Shown here piece by piece: positions 1-8,412 of a stretch of 64,000 bases of DNA; within the stretch, counting starts at the first letter, position 1, and each line of letters starts with the position of its first letter. Position numbers and translations under genes: made by a program. The stretch comes from Candidatus Kerfeldbacteria bacterium CG_4_10_14_0_8_um_filter_42_10 (lineage in GTDB: Bacteria > Patescibacteriota > Patescibacteriia > UM-FILTER-42-10). The stretch covers positions 10,477 to 74,476 of the forward strand of contig PFMD01000002.1 of the NCBI GenBank assembly GCA_002784945.1, given 5' to 3'. The notes under the pieces are model-generated. The model saw only the letters and a list, made by a program, of their open reading frames with translations, was not told the origin of the DNA and did no database searches.

Positions 1-1025
1 AACTTTCGGTTATTCGGTCCCCAAAGAAGGATAAACTGGTTTCTGGCAGCATTGATACTGAGTATCTCGCCGCTTACGCCCTGGGTGCTTACTTTCCAGA
101 TGGAGTTATTTTTTGCCATAACCGCCGTTCTGGTATAATCCGTGTCATTTGATTCCTTTTTCACAAGCAGCGTCAGATTATCTCCGGGAATCCAGGCGCC
201 TAAAGCAATCGGGGCAAAATACTTCTGTCGAAGCCGGGTGACCTCGGTAATGCGGATAGTGTAAACCGCAGGATTTTCATCGGTAGTTCGCACCTTTAAT
301 CTGGTTGGCCCACTGTCGGTGATGACGCTGAGCAAAGTTACATTCATTTTATCTGTTCGCCGCTGCACATAGTTAATCAGTCCGCGCCTTAATACAAATA
401 CCGTCTTGGCTTGAATTATATTAAGAGTAGCGTGCTTTACTCCTCTTCCGCGAACGCGATCGCCTATCTGCAAATCATTGCAGGTTAAATTCTGGTTCGG
501 CGGAACAATTATTTTAGTGACATCCGGCACAAGATCAATCCGGTAATTGGCTCCGTTCCAAAGAAGAGTAATTTTATTATCCTCGCAATTTTTGGCGGTG
601 ATCCATCCGTTTTGGGTGCCGGTGCTTACGCTGTTGATAGAGGTGTTAACTAAAGCATCAGCGTGAATAGTAACATCATCCGTCATGTAGCCATAGATTT
701 TTAAGACATCGCCAACCAGCCATAAAGAAAGATTGGACGATTCTTCGCCGCTACGCGCGATAATGGTACTATCGTCAATTTCGACAATATAATCCATTGT
801 GGTATCGGCACTAAGGTCGCGCACCAGAATACTGGTCGGCACAGTAGTGCTTTCCAGTTCAATCAGACTAACGGTCATTTTTACCGTGGCATCACTTTGG
901 GCATTGGTCAGATCAGCGTTAAGCGGACCGGCGGCATTAGCGACGGCTGTGCCGCTTAATGATAGCAGCAAGGCTATTGCCGATCCACTAATAACGACTA
1001 TGAGTGATTTAATTAAATTAGGCAT
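1..1025 (-). CDS. secreted hypothetical protein; start inside window, 3' end runs off window start (partial)
   Basis: Minus-strand ATG at 1023-1025 followed by a signal-peptide-like N-terminus (MPNLIKSLIVVISGSAIALLLSLSGTAVANA...). By eye the frame stays open to position 1. The supplied track has no complete ORF >60 aa in any frame across 1-798, which fits a long edge-truncated ORF. Not computed. Confidence 0.45.
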   Translation of the reverse strand, partial: MPNLIKSLIVVISGSAIALLLSLSGTAVANAAGPLNADLTNAQSDATVKMTVSLIELESTTVPTSILVRDLSADTTMDYIVEIDDSTIIARSGEESSNLSLWLVGDVLKIYGYMTDDVTIHADALVNTSINSVSTGTQNGWITAKNCEDNKITLLWNGANYRIDLVPDVTKIIVPPNQNLTCNDLQIGDRVRGRGVKHATLNIIQAKTVFVLRRGLINYVQRRTDKMNVTLLSVITDSGPTRLKVRTTDENPAVYTIRITEVTRLRQKYFAPIALGAWIPGDNLTLLVKKESNDTDYTRTAVMAKNNSIWKVSTQGVSGEILSINAARNQFILLWGPNNRK

Positions 1026-1123
1026 ATTTTTTGCAATTAATAATTAAATTGCTTAAATTAAGCACTTCATTCAGTAATACAACCCGATAATCAATTTATT
1101 TCACAATAACGAAATATAGCAGG

Positions 1124-1876
1124 CTAGTCAAACAACCCGATTATGGCGCCCTGAGCCGAATATCGCTCTTTATCGCGGCGATAAGAAGAAAGTAGGTCGT
1201 TTTCGCAATAAGTACAAAGGTCGGACTTTTCAATATTCGCTGGCCTGATCCCTTCGTTAATAAGCTGAATTTTGATTGTTTGGGAAAGATCCACAAACAA
1301 GCGGTTTTTTTTAACGAAGGATGCGTTATTTTCAAAAGAACGACCGAACCGATCAAAAACAGCCTTTTTCACTTCAAAATGACAGCGTTGTAAACCCGGA
1401 CCGATAAACACCTTGATATCCTTCGGGTTACTGCCTGCCTTCTTTTGGAAAATTGCCACCATTTGTCTATTAATGCCGGCTAAAATTCCTCGCCAGCCCG
1501 CATGCGCTAATCCGACACATTCTTTTTTGGGATCAAAATAAAAAACCGGGAAGCAATCCGCGGTAGTGATCATCAAATAAATATTTTTTTCATTGGTAAT
1601 CAATCCATCATAAAAGGAAGTGAGAGCAGATTGGGCTAGCGATCCTTTGCCCATCTTTTTTCTACTTACCCACAGAATTTTATTTTTATGATTTAAAGAA
1701 ATATTTACAACCTGACGACTGGGTATTTTTAAACTAGAATAAAATTTAGTTCTGTTTTTTCTAGTGATTTTTTTATTAATCAAAGGGTGTTGAAAAGAAA
1801 GATTGCCGAATTGCTTTGTAGAAAACGCTATTTTTAGATTCGGAAAACGAGACAGCGTTCGTGAATGAAATATCAT
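1124..1876 (-). CDS. pgeF: peptidoglycan editing factor PgeF / YfiH family (Cu-oxidase_4, DUF152)
   Basis: 250 aa; contains the family-typical HAGWRG motif (…CVGLAHAGWRGILAG…); adjacent to mraY. Confidence 0.75.
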   Translation of the reverse strand: MIFHSRTLSRFPNLKIAFSTKQFGNLSFQHPLINKKITRKNRTKFYSSLKIPSRQVVNISLNHKNKILWVSRKKMGKGSLAQSALTSFYDGLITNEKNIYLMITTADCFPVFYFDPKKECVGLAHAGWRGILAGINRQMVAIFQKKAGSNPKDIKVFIGPGLQRCHFEVKKAVFDRFGRSFENNASFVKKNRLFVDLSQTIKIQLINEGIRPANIEKSDLCTYCENDLLSSYRRDKERYSAQGAIIGLFD

Positions 1877-2946
1877 ATTTGCGATCGGTCAATCAGCACT
1901 ACGATTATTCCTAAAACAGCCATTACGGCAGAAATTATCCAAAAGCGCATTACGATTTTTGATTCCGGCCAGCCGATTGCTTCTAGATGATGATGGATTG
2001 GCGCTGAAATAAAAACCTTTTTTCCCTTCCTTAATTTCTTAGAACCAATCTGAACAATTACCGAGAATGATTCTACCACTAAAATAAATCCGATAATCGG
2101 CAGAATAAACGCCGAATTGGTTAACATCGCCACTATCCCTAAGGTTGTTCCTAGCGCCATTGCTCCGGTATCTCCCATGAAAAAACGGGCGGGCGGAATA
2201 TTAAACCATAAAAACGCCAGCAAACTGCCGACGATTACTGTGCAAAACGCCGCCAGATTCATTTTACCCAAGATAAGCGCGATGGCGGCAAAAGCGCCAA
2301 ATGATGAGAGCAGCACCCCGCCGGCCAGACCATCTAAACCGTCCGTTTCATTTACTGAAAATGATGTTGCTACGATGACAAAAATAAAAATGGGAATATA
2401 CCACCAGCCTATGGCGAAATCTCCCATAAACGGAACATGAATAATATCCCAATCCAGTTTAAAGAAAAACCAGTAAGCGCCAAATGCGGCAATTATGGTA
2501 TAAAGCAACAATCGGTGCTTAACGGTTAATCCGCCGATGCCTTTAGTTCCTACACTTTTAATATTAAAAAGGTCGTCCAATAATCCGACCAAAGCTGAGG
2601 CCACTAAGGCGCCCAGCGGCAATAAGGTTTCGGAACGAGTGAGAAAGTTAAGTTTGTGGAAAAAGGGAACCCCGGTGTATTTGCCCAAATAATAAAAAAT
2701 GACGGCGAGCGCCAAAATGGTAAACCATATTAAGATTCCGCCCATCGTCGGGGTGCCCGATTTTTTCTTGTGCAGCTTCGAATATATTGGCGCTGCTTCA
2801 CTGGAACGAATTTGCTTCCCCAGTTTATATTTATAAAGAAAGTGAGTCAGAATCGGCGTCAGTAAAATTGAGATGATAAATGAAACCGTTCCAAGGAATA
2901 GTATTTTAATAATGTCGAAACTGACGGAAAAATTCATATATTTCAA
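1873..2946 (-). CDS. mraY: phospho-N-acetylmuramoyl-pentapeptide transferase MraY
   Basis: 357 aa polytopic membrane protein with the MraY/WecA-superfamily motifs DGLDGLAGG and MGDTGAMALG, and the MraY-typical C-terminal PIHHHLE motif. Confidence 0.8.
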   Translation of the reverse strand: MKYMNFSVSFDIIKILFLGTVSFIISILLTPILTHFLYKYKLGKQIRSSEAAPIYSKLHKKKSGTPTMGGILIWFTILALAVIFYYLGKYTGVPFFHKLNFLTRSETLLPLGALVASALVGLLDDLFNIKSVGTKGIGGLTVKHRLLLYTIIAAFGAYWFFFKLDWDIIHVPFMGDFAIGWWYIPIFIFVIVATSFSVNETDGLDGLAGGVLLSSFGAFAAIALILGKMNLAAFCTVIVGSLLAFLWFNIPPARFFMGDTGAMALGTTLGIVAMLTNSAFILPIIGFILVVESFSVIVQIGSKKLRKGKKVFISAPIHHHLEAIGWPESKIVMRFWIISAVMAVLGIIVVLIDRSQI

Positions 2947-3338
2947 ATATTAATCAAAATAACCAAAATTGCTGCCAGTGCCAATAACATTTGAATAAGG
3001 GCGGTAAACCCGATAATTAAGTAGGAGAGAACTTTTTTTTCCGAATATATTATAGCACTTACCAGATAGTTTACTAGAATAATGATCAGCCCGCTCAAAG
3101 AAATAAAATACACCTTATACCATTCTCCGATTAGATCGATGCCAAAGTAGATGTTATAATGGAGCGAGACCGGCTCGCTATTCGGAATAATAAAAAAGTA
3201 AATTAAACCCCAGATTCCGATATTAAGAAATATCGAAAACAGCAAATTAAGGGAAAAGAATTTACTTCTTAACGGTTCTCTAAAATTGCTGATCAGCTTA
3301 CGAATAGACAAGCGGGGCATAGTGAATTTATTTAGCAA
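2943..3338 (-). CDS. small hydrophobic membrane protein, hypothetical
   Basis: 131 aa with about 4 predicted TM segments; 4-nt overlap with mraY start. Its 5' end overlaps the divergent ORF at 3286, so the true start may be internal (M7). Confidence 0.3.
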   Translation of the reverse strand: MLNKFTMPRLSIRKLISNFREPLRSKFFSLNLLFSIFLNIGIWGLIYFFIIPNSEPVSLHYNIYFGIDLIGEWYKVYFISLSGLIIILVNYLVSAIIYSEKKVLSYLIIGFTALIQMLLALAAILVILINI

Positions 3339-5226
3339 TCAATTGATGATTAAAAAGGGGTCATGGTTTTCTAAATTCTCCATCATTATTCCAGTGGCAG
3401 CGCTGCTGGGAGTGATGTTATTATTGGAATTTACTTCGGCGCTCCAAGAAAGTCAAACTGTTGACGAGGGAGCGCACTTATCAAGCGGCTATTCTTATTT
3501 AAAGACCGGCGACTTTAGAATGAATCCGGAACATCCTCCCCTGCTTAAGGAAATCAGCGCTTTCCCATTGCTCTTTCTTAATTTAGACGATCCTATTAAT
3601 CACGAATCCTGGAACACCTACAACCAATGGGACTTTGGCAGAAATTTCTTATATCATAACCGGGCTGACGCCGATTTGATTCTTTTGATGGGAAGAATTC
3701 CGGTGATGCTATTAAGTTTAATACTTGGGATATTTATCTTCAAGTGGGCTAAGCAGCTGTGGGGAAACACCGCCGCGCTTTTTTCTTTGACGCTTTATGT
3801 TTTTGAACCGAATATTCTGGCTCATTCTCGATATGTCACAACGGATTTAGCGCTAACCTTATTCCTTTTTTTAACAATCTATGCGCTCGACCGCTATTTA
3901 CAGACCTATTCTCGAAAAGACTTGATAATTTTGGCAGTTTTGTTCGCTCTCGCTCAAGTAACTAAATTTTCCGCGGTTATACTTTTTCCGATACTAATTG
4001 TTCTTTTACTTTTGAAAAAATTTCATTCGCCGCCAGGCAAATTGACATACCGCAAAATTTCCCTAATAACTGCTTTTGTCGTATTGATAACGGGCGCCGC
4101 CATTTTGCTGGCTTATGGTTTTCAAACAAAGCGGCCAATTGACGACAGAAACATCAAGGAATATTTTGAAAAGCAATCCGCGGTGACTGATTTATCCGAT
4201 TATTCTGATGAACCATTTTTGGCCAGGAAATTATTGACTTTTACCAATCCTTCCACCGCGAGTGGAAAAATTATTTACGAATTAGCTCAAAAAATTCCCG
4301 TTCCCGCTTTCTACTATTTTAGAGGGTTGGGATTGTTGATTGCTCACGACTTTTGGGGCCATCTTTCCTACCTTTTCGGACGCTACTCCGATTTTGGCTT
4401 TTGGTATTATTTTCCGTCCACCTTTTTGTTAAAAACATCCGCTCCGCTTTTGTTGTTGTTTTTTAGCGGCATTTGCTTATTCTCCGCCAAGCTCTTAAAA
4501 ACAGTCTTTTGCTCGGATAATGAATCCCCCTCTAAAATTGACATTATTAAAAAGCGGCCGTTATTAAAATTAAAAAATAGAATTCAGAAAAAATTAAATA
4601 ATTTTGCTATTTTTTTCCGAAAAATACCATTTACTTACTGGTTACTCATTCTAACCCCCCTGGCATATTTTTTGTGGGCGTTGACCAGCAAGATAAACAT
4701 TGGCCACCGCCATATTTTGCCGATCTACCCTTTTATAATTATCTTGGTGGGTAGCTTGGTTACGATTAAAACGCGCTGGCGAAAAACTGGCAAGATTTTT
4801 TTAACCGTACTTTTAACTTTATATGTTGCTTCCACTATTAGAATTTATCCTAATTTCTTGGCGTATTTCAACGAATTAGTCGGCGGTCCTCAAAAAGGAC
4901 CAAAATATCTGGTGGATTCTAATATCGATTGGGGTCAGGATATTTTAAAGCTAAAACATTATTTAGAAAAAAACGATATCGCTGAGGTATACCTGGGATT
5001 TTTAGGTTCTCTGGATATTAACTATTATAATTTCAATCGAAAGGCAATTCCTAAAGATAAAGATAAGAATCAAATCAGGGATTTTAACGGAGTCGTAGCG
5101 ATTAGTGTAACGGTATTGTACGAGCAAGACCGTTCTTACGCCTGGATAGAAAGACTGGAACCGGATGCTAAGATTGGTTATTCCATCTATGTTTATGATT
5201 TAAGGAAGAATAAAATCAGCTTGTAG
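3286..5226 (+). CDS. GT-C fold, GT39/PMT_2 (ArnT-like) phospholipid-carrier-dependent glycosyltransferase
   Basis: 646 aa, more than 10 TM helices. First extracytoplasmic loop carries a DE motif (…VDEGAHLSSGYSYLKTGDFRMNPEHPPLLKE…) typical of PMT/ArnT-type transferases. Start could be the internal Met at about 3349. Confidence 0.55.
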   Translation: MLISLRIDKRGIVNLFSNQLMIKKGSWFSKFSIIIPVAALLGVMLLLEFTSALQESQTVDEGAHLSSGYSYLKTGDFRMNPEHPPLLKEISAFPLLFLNLDDPINHESWNTYNQWDFGRNFLYHNRADADLILLMGRIPVMLLSLILGIFIFKWAKQLWGNTAALFSLTLYVFEPNILAHSRYVTTDLALTLFLFLTIYALDRYLQTYSRKDLIILAVLFALAQVTKFSAVILFPILIVLLLLKKFHSPPGKLTYRKISLITAFVVLITGAAILLAYGFQTKRPIDDRNIKEYFEKQSAVTDLSDYSDEPFLARKLLTFTNPSTASGKIIYELAQKIPVPAFYYFRGLGLLIAHDFWGHLSYLFGRYSDFGFWYYFPSTFLLKTSAPLLLLFFSGICLFSAKLLKTVFCSDNESPSKIDIIKKRPLLKLKNRIQKKLNNFAIFFRKIPFTYWLLILTPLAYFLWALTSKINIGHRHILPIYPFIIILVGSLVTIKTRWRKTGKIFLTVLLTLYVASTIRIYPNFLAYFNELVGGPQKGPKYLVDSNIDWGQDILKLKHYLEKNDIAEVYLGFLGSLDINYYNFNRKAIPKDKDKNQIRDFNGVVAISVTVLYEQDRSYAWIERLEPDAKIGYSIYVYDLRKNKISL

Positions 5227-5326
5227 GAAGTAGCTTGTAGGAAGTAGCTTGTTAGAATTTCTAAAAAACTGAGAAGCTACCAGCTAAAAAGCTAAGAAGC
5301 TAATAAGCTAAAAGCTAATTTCCTAA
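5218..5326. repeat. TAGCTT/AAGCTA-word palindromic intergenic element, copy 1
   Basis: Left arm AGCTTGTAGGAAGT x2 plus a partial third unit, centre TTAGAATTTCTAA, right arm of AAGCTA words (AAGCTAAAAAGCTAAGAAGCTAATAAGCTAAAAGCTAAT). Overlaps the TAG stop of the upstream gene. Related copies at 26776-26860 and 29977-30083. Confidence 0.6.
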
Positions 5327-5335
5327 TATTTTACT

Positions 5336-5364
5336 TTGACATTTTGATGTTTCTGTGATATAAT
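5336..5364 (+). promoter_or_regulatory. sigma70-type promoter: TTGACA, 17 nt spacer, TGaTATAAT (extended -10)
   Basis: Perfect -35 hexamer 5336-5341, 17-nt spacer, perfect -10 hexamer 5359-5364 preceded by TG. Lies 157 nt upstream of pilB. Confidence 0.55.
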
Positions 5365-5365
5365 T

Positions 5366-5473
5366 TGAGAGCATTAAATAGTCCGAAACGCTCTCATCTT
5401 GAGCGGAGCGAAGAATCTAACCTTGTTACAGTATTAGCGGCCCTCATATTATTCTGGCCGGTAAAATTGTTGA
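5366..5473 (+). ncRNA. conserved structured element (candidate leader or small RNA), copy 1
   Basis: About 108 nt starting 2 nt after the -10 hexamer. A second copy at 29319-29423 aligns over its full length. It begins with the hairpin GAGAGCATT…AACGCTCTC and contains a second hairpin whose stem is GGCC/GGCC here but CCCC/GGGG in copy 2 (compensatory change). Confidence 0.35.
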
Positions 5474-5520
5474 GTGATTCTATAATTTCAATTTAGCCAA
5501 TTCAGAACCATATTTTTTCT

Positions 5521-7251
5521 ATGTTAGAAGAAAAACAAATTGAGCAATTACTGCTTGATAATCAGATTCTTACAGAAAATGAAATAAAAAAATCCAAGAG
5601 CGAGGCGTCCGCCCAGAATAAGCCCTGGAAGGAGTATCTGCACAAGGAAAAAATCATAAACGAGGAAGCGCTTTTCGATCTATACGCCAAATCACTCCAA
5701 GTTCCTTTTGTTAATCTGGAAAATGTTACCATCCGAAAAGACATTCTAAACCTGATACCAGAAACAATCGCCGAGACCCACAAGGTTATTGCCTTTGATC
5801 AAAATGATTTAGAAATAAAAATCGCCTCTCTAGACCCAAGTGATCTAGAGATTTTTGATTTTATAAAAAAGAAAACGGGAAAAACGGTGAAGATTTATCT
5901 AACCACGCCCGTTATGCTTCAAGAGGCCTTAAAACAATATCATAAAGGTCTTAAGGCAACGGTTGATGAAATCACCCACGAAGAAAAAGATGAAGAAGGA
6001 GCTTCCGAAAAGGGGGTGTTAAAAAAACTGGCGCGCGATCTTCCGGTAATAAGAATTGTTGATACTATTTTAGAATACGCTATTTTTGAGGATGCTTCCG
6101 ATATCCATATCGAACCAACGGAGAAAGAAATAATCGTGCGATATCGAATTGACGGAGTGCTACGCGATGCCATGACTTTACCGAAACAGATTCATTCGGG
6201 AATTGTCGCTAGAATAAAAATACTTTCAAACCTAAAATTAGATGAGCATCGCCTTCCCCAAGACGGCAGATTCAAAATAAAAAATAAGGAATATAATGTT
6301 TCCTTCCGGGTGTCGATTATTCCTGTTTTTGACGGTGAAAAAATAGTACTGCGGTTATTAGATGAGACATCCCAAATTCTGACTTTAGAGCAACTGGGAT
6401 TTTTACCAAATCCGCTGAAAATAATAAAAAATGCCATTAAGAAACCCCATGGGATGATTCTGGTGACCGGGCCGACCGGTTCAGGAAAAACAACTACGCT
6501 TTATACGATTATGAATATGCTGAACAGTCCTAAAGTTAATATTTCCACGATTGAGGACCCTATCGAATACCGAATGATCAGAATCAATCAGACTCAGGTG
6601 AACCCCAAAATCGGGTTGACTTTTGCCCATGGGCTAAGGGCATTGCTGCGCCAAGATCCCAATATCATAATGATTGGCGAAATCAGGGATAATGAAACTG
6701 CGGAAATTGGCGTACATTCCGCCATGACCGGACACCTTGTTTTATCCACGCTCCATACCAACGATGCGGTGAGCGCCATACCACGACTGACCGAGATGAA
6801 TATACCCCCTTTCTTAATTGCCTCGACCACTAATTTGATAATGGCCCAAAGACTGGTAAGAAAAATCTGCATCCATTGCATTGAGAGCTACGAATTGACT
6901 AAGACAAATGTTAAAAGGCTGGAAGAACAACTGGATTTTGAAAATATTTTAGAGGTTCTAGAACGAGAAAATGCCATTGATTCGGCAAAAACCATTACTC
7001 CCCTTCTTTTTTATCGCGGTCATGGCTGTAAGGAATGCAACCACGAAGGTTATAAGGGAAGAATCGGAATATACGAAATGATGGCAGTCGATAAAGAAGT
7101 TGCTAATTTGATCATAAATAAGGCAAATCCTGAAAAACTGGAAGAGCAGGCAAAAAAGCAAGGAATGATTACCATGATTCAAGACGGGTTTATTAAGGCT
7201 AAAAATGGCATAACGACAATTGAGGAAGTTTTAAGAGTAACCAAGGAATAA
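5521..7251 (+). CDS. pilB: type IV pilus assembly ATPase PilB (GspE family)
   Basis: 576 aa; N-terminal T2SSE_N-like region, Walker A GPTGSGKTTTL, Asp and His boxes, C-terminal Cys tetrad (CIHC…CKEC). Confidence 0.9.
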   Translation: MLEEKQIEQLLLDNQILTENEIKKSKSEASAQNKPWKEYLHKEKIINEEALFDLYAKSLQVPFVNLENVTIRKDILNLIPETIAETHKVIAFDQNDLEIKIASLDPSDLEIFDFIKKKTGKTVKIYLTTPVMLQEALKQYHKGLKATVDEITHEEKDEEGASEKGVLKKLARDLPVIRIVDTILEYAIFEDASDIHIEPTEKEIIVRYRIDGVLRDAMTLPKQIHSGIVARIKILSNLKLDEHRLPQDGRFKIKNKEYNVSFRVSIIPVFDGEKIVLRLLDETSQILTLEQLGFLPNPLKIIKNAIKKPHGMILVTGPTGSGKTTTLYTIMNMLNSPKVNISTIEDPIEYRMIRINQTQVNPKIGLTFAHGLRALLRQDPNIIMIGEIRDNETAEIGVHSAMTGHLVLSTLHTNDAVSAIPRLTEMNIPPFLIASTTNLIMAQRLVRKICIHCIESYELTKTNVKRLEEQLDFENILEVLERENAIDSAKTITPLLFYRGHGCKECNHEGYKGRIGIYEMMAVDKEVANLIINKANPEKLEEQAKKQGMITMIQDGFIKAKNGITTIEEVLRVTKE

Positions 7252-7255
7252 TAAA

Positions 7256-8353
7256 ATGGAAAAGAAAAATAAAGAGCAATCGTCAAAAAACAAATTGAGT
7301 TTTATGAAAAGGCACGCCCGAATAACTTTGGTTAATAAGCTCTTTTTTACGCAACAGCTAGAAGTGATGGCTCGTACCGGGTTTTCGCTTTCCCGGGCCT
7401 TAGAAACGATTAGCCTGCAAATGGAAAATAGGCGCTTTAAGCAAATCATCGAGAATATGAAAGCAATTGTGGAAAAAGGCTCCCCCCTGTCAAAGGCGGC
7501 GTCGGAATACCCTAAAGTTTTTTCGGAAACATTTGTTAGTATGGTGGCAGCTGGGGAATCAAGTGGTAAATTGGACGAGGCGCTTAAAAGATTAACCATT
7601 CAGCTGAAAAAATCCCACGAGATTAGAACCAAGATTAAGAATGCTTTAACCTACCCCGCCATTGTTTTAATCGCCATGGTGGCGATCGGAATCGCCATGC
7701 TAATTTTTGTCTTACCCAAGATTACCGCCATCTATGAGGAATCAGGAACGAAATTACCCCTACCAACCAGAGTCTTGATCGGAACTTCCGATTTTATTAT
7801 TGCTAACGGAATTTACATCTCGATACTTATCATTGTCCTAATCATCGCGTTGTTACGCTATGTCAAAACACCGCGTGGGAAAAAACTTTTTCACAAAATA
7901 TTATTGGTACTGCCGATTGTTGGTCCAATAATTAGAAAAATAAATCTGGCTAATTTTTCCAGAAGCCTTAGTTCATTACTGCAGACCGATATTCCCATCG
8001 TCGAGACATTCAAAATTATCTCTAGAACATCGAGCAATATCTACTATAAAGAGTACTTGGCGAATGCGGCGGAAGAGTTAAAAAAAGGCGTATCGGTCAA
8101 AAATATCCTGGAAAAAGATCGTACTCTTTTTCCTCCTTTAATTACTCAAATAATTAACATCGGGGAAGAGTCCGGCACTCTTGATACAATTTCCGAAGAA
8201 ATAGCAAATTTTTACGAAGAAGAAGTGTCACAGACAATGGCAAACCTTGCTACCATTATTGAACCGGTCTTAATGCTCATTTTAGGAGTAGGCGTAGGGG
8301 CGATTGCCGTTGCCGTAGTAATGCCCATGTATTCACTGGTTAATACAATTTAA
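7256..8353 (+). CDS. pilC: type IV pilus platform protein PilC (GspF family)
   Basis: 365 aa, two GspF-like repeats with TM segments; 4 nt downstream of pilB. Confidence 0.85.
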   Translation: MEKKNKEQSSKNKLSFMKRHARITLVNKLFFTQQLEVMARTGFSLSRALETISLQMENRRFKQIIENMKAIVEKGSPLSKAASEYPKVFSETFVSMVAAGESSGKLDEALKRLTIQLKKSHEIRTKIKNALTYPAIVLIAMVAIGIAMLIFVLPKITAIYEESGTKLPLPTRVLIGTSDFIIANGIYISILIIVLIIALLRYVKTPRGKKLFHKILLVLPIVGPIIRKINLANFSRSLSSLLQTDIPIVETFKIISRTSSNIYYKEYLANAAEELKKGVSVKNILEKDRTLFPPLITQIINIGEESGTLDTISEEIANFYEEEVSQTMANLATIIEPVLMLILGVGVGAIAVAVVMPMYSLVNTI

Positions 8354-8412
8354 TCTCTTTGACCAGTTGAGAAATAATCTTTAGAATTAATAAATGAATA
8401 TTAATTAGCAAC

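Noticed and set aside
799-1047. Plus-strand 82-aa ORF at the start of the window
   Set aside because: Lies antisense to a much longer minus-strand frame that starts with a convincing signal peptide at 1025 and runs off the window; treated as a shadow ORF.
5218-5326. Could the TAGCTT/AAGCTA repeat clusters be a CRISPR array?
   Set aside because: Units are 6-8 nt words rather than 25-40-nt repeats separated by unique spacers, no cas genes are nearby, and the copies are palindromic.
5562-7599. Multiple 60-120-aa minus-strand ORFs inside pilB/pilC (5562-5783, 5940-6173, 6192-6437, 6594-6881, 6958-7182, 7231-7599)
   Set aside because: All are antisense to strongly supported PilB/PilC coding sequence and look like low-complexity translations; no independent support.
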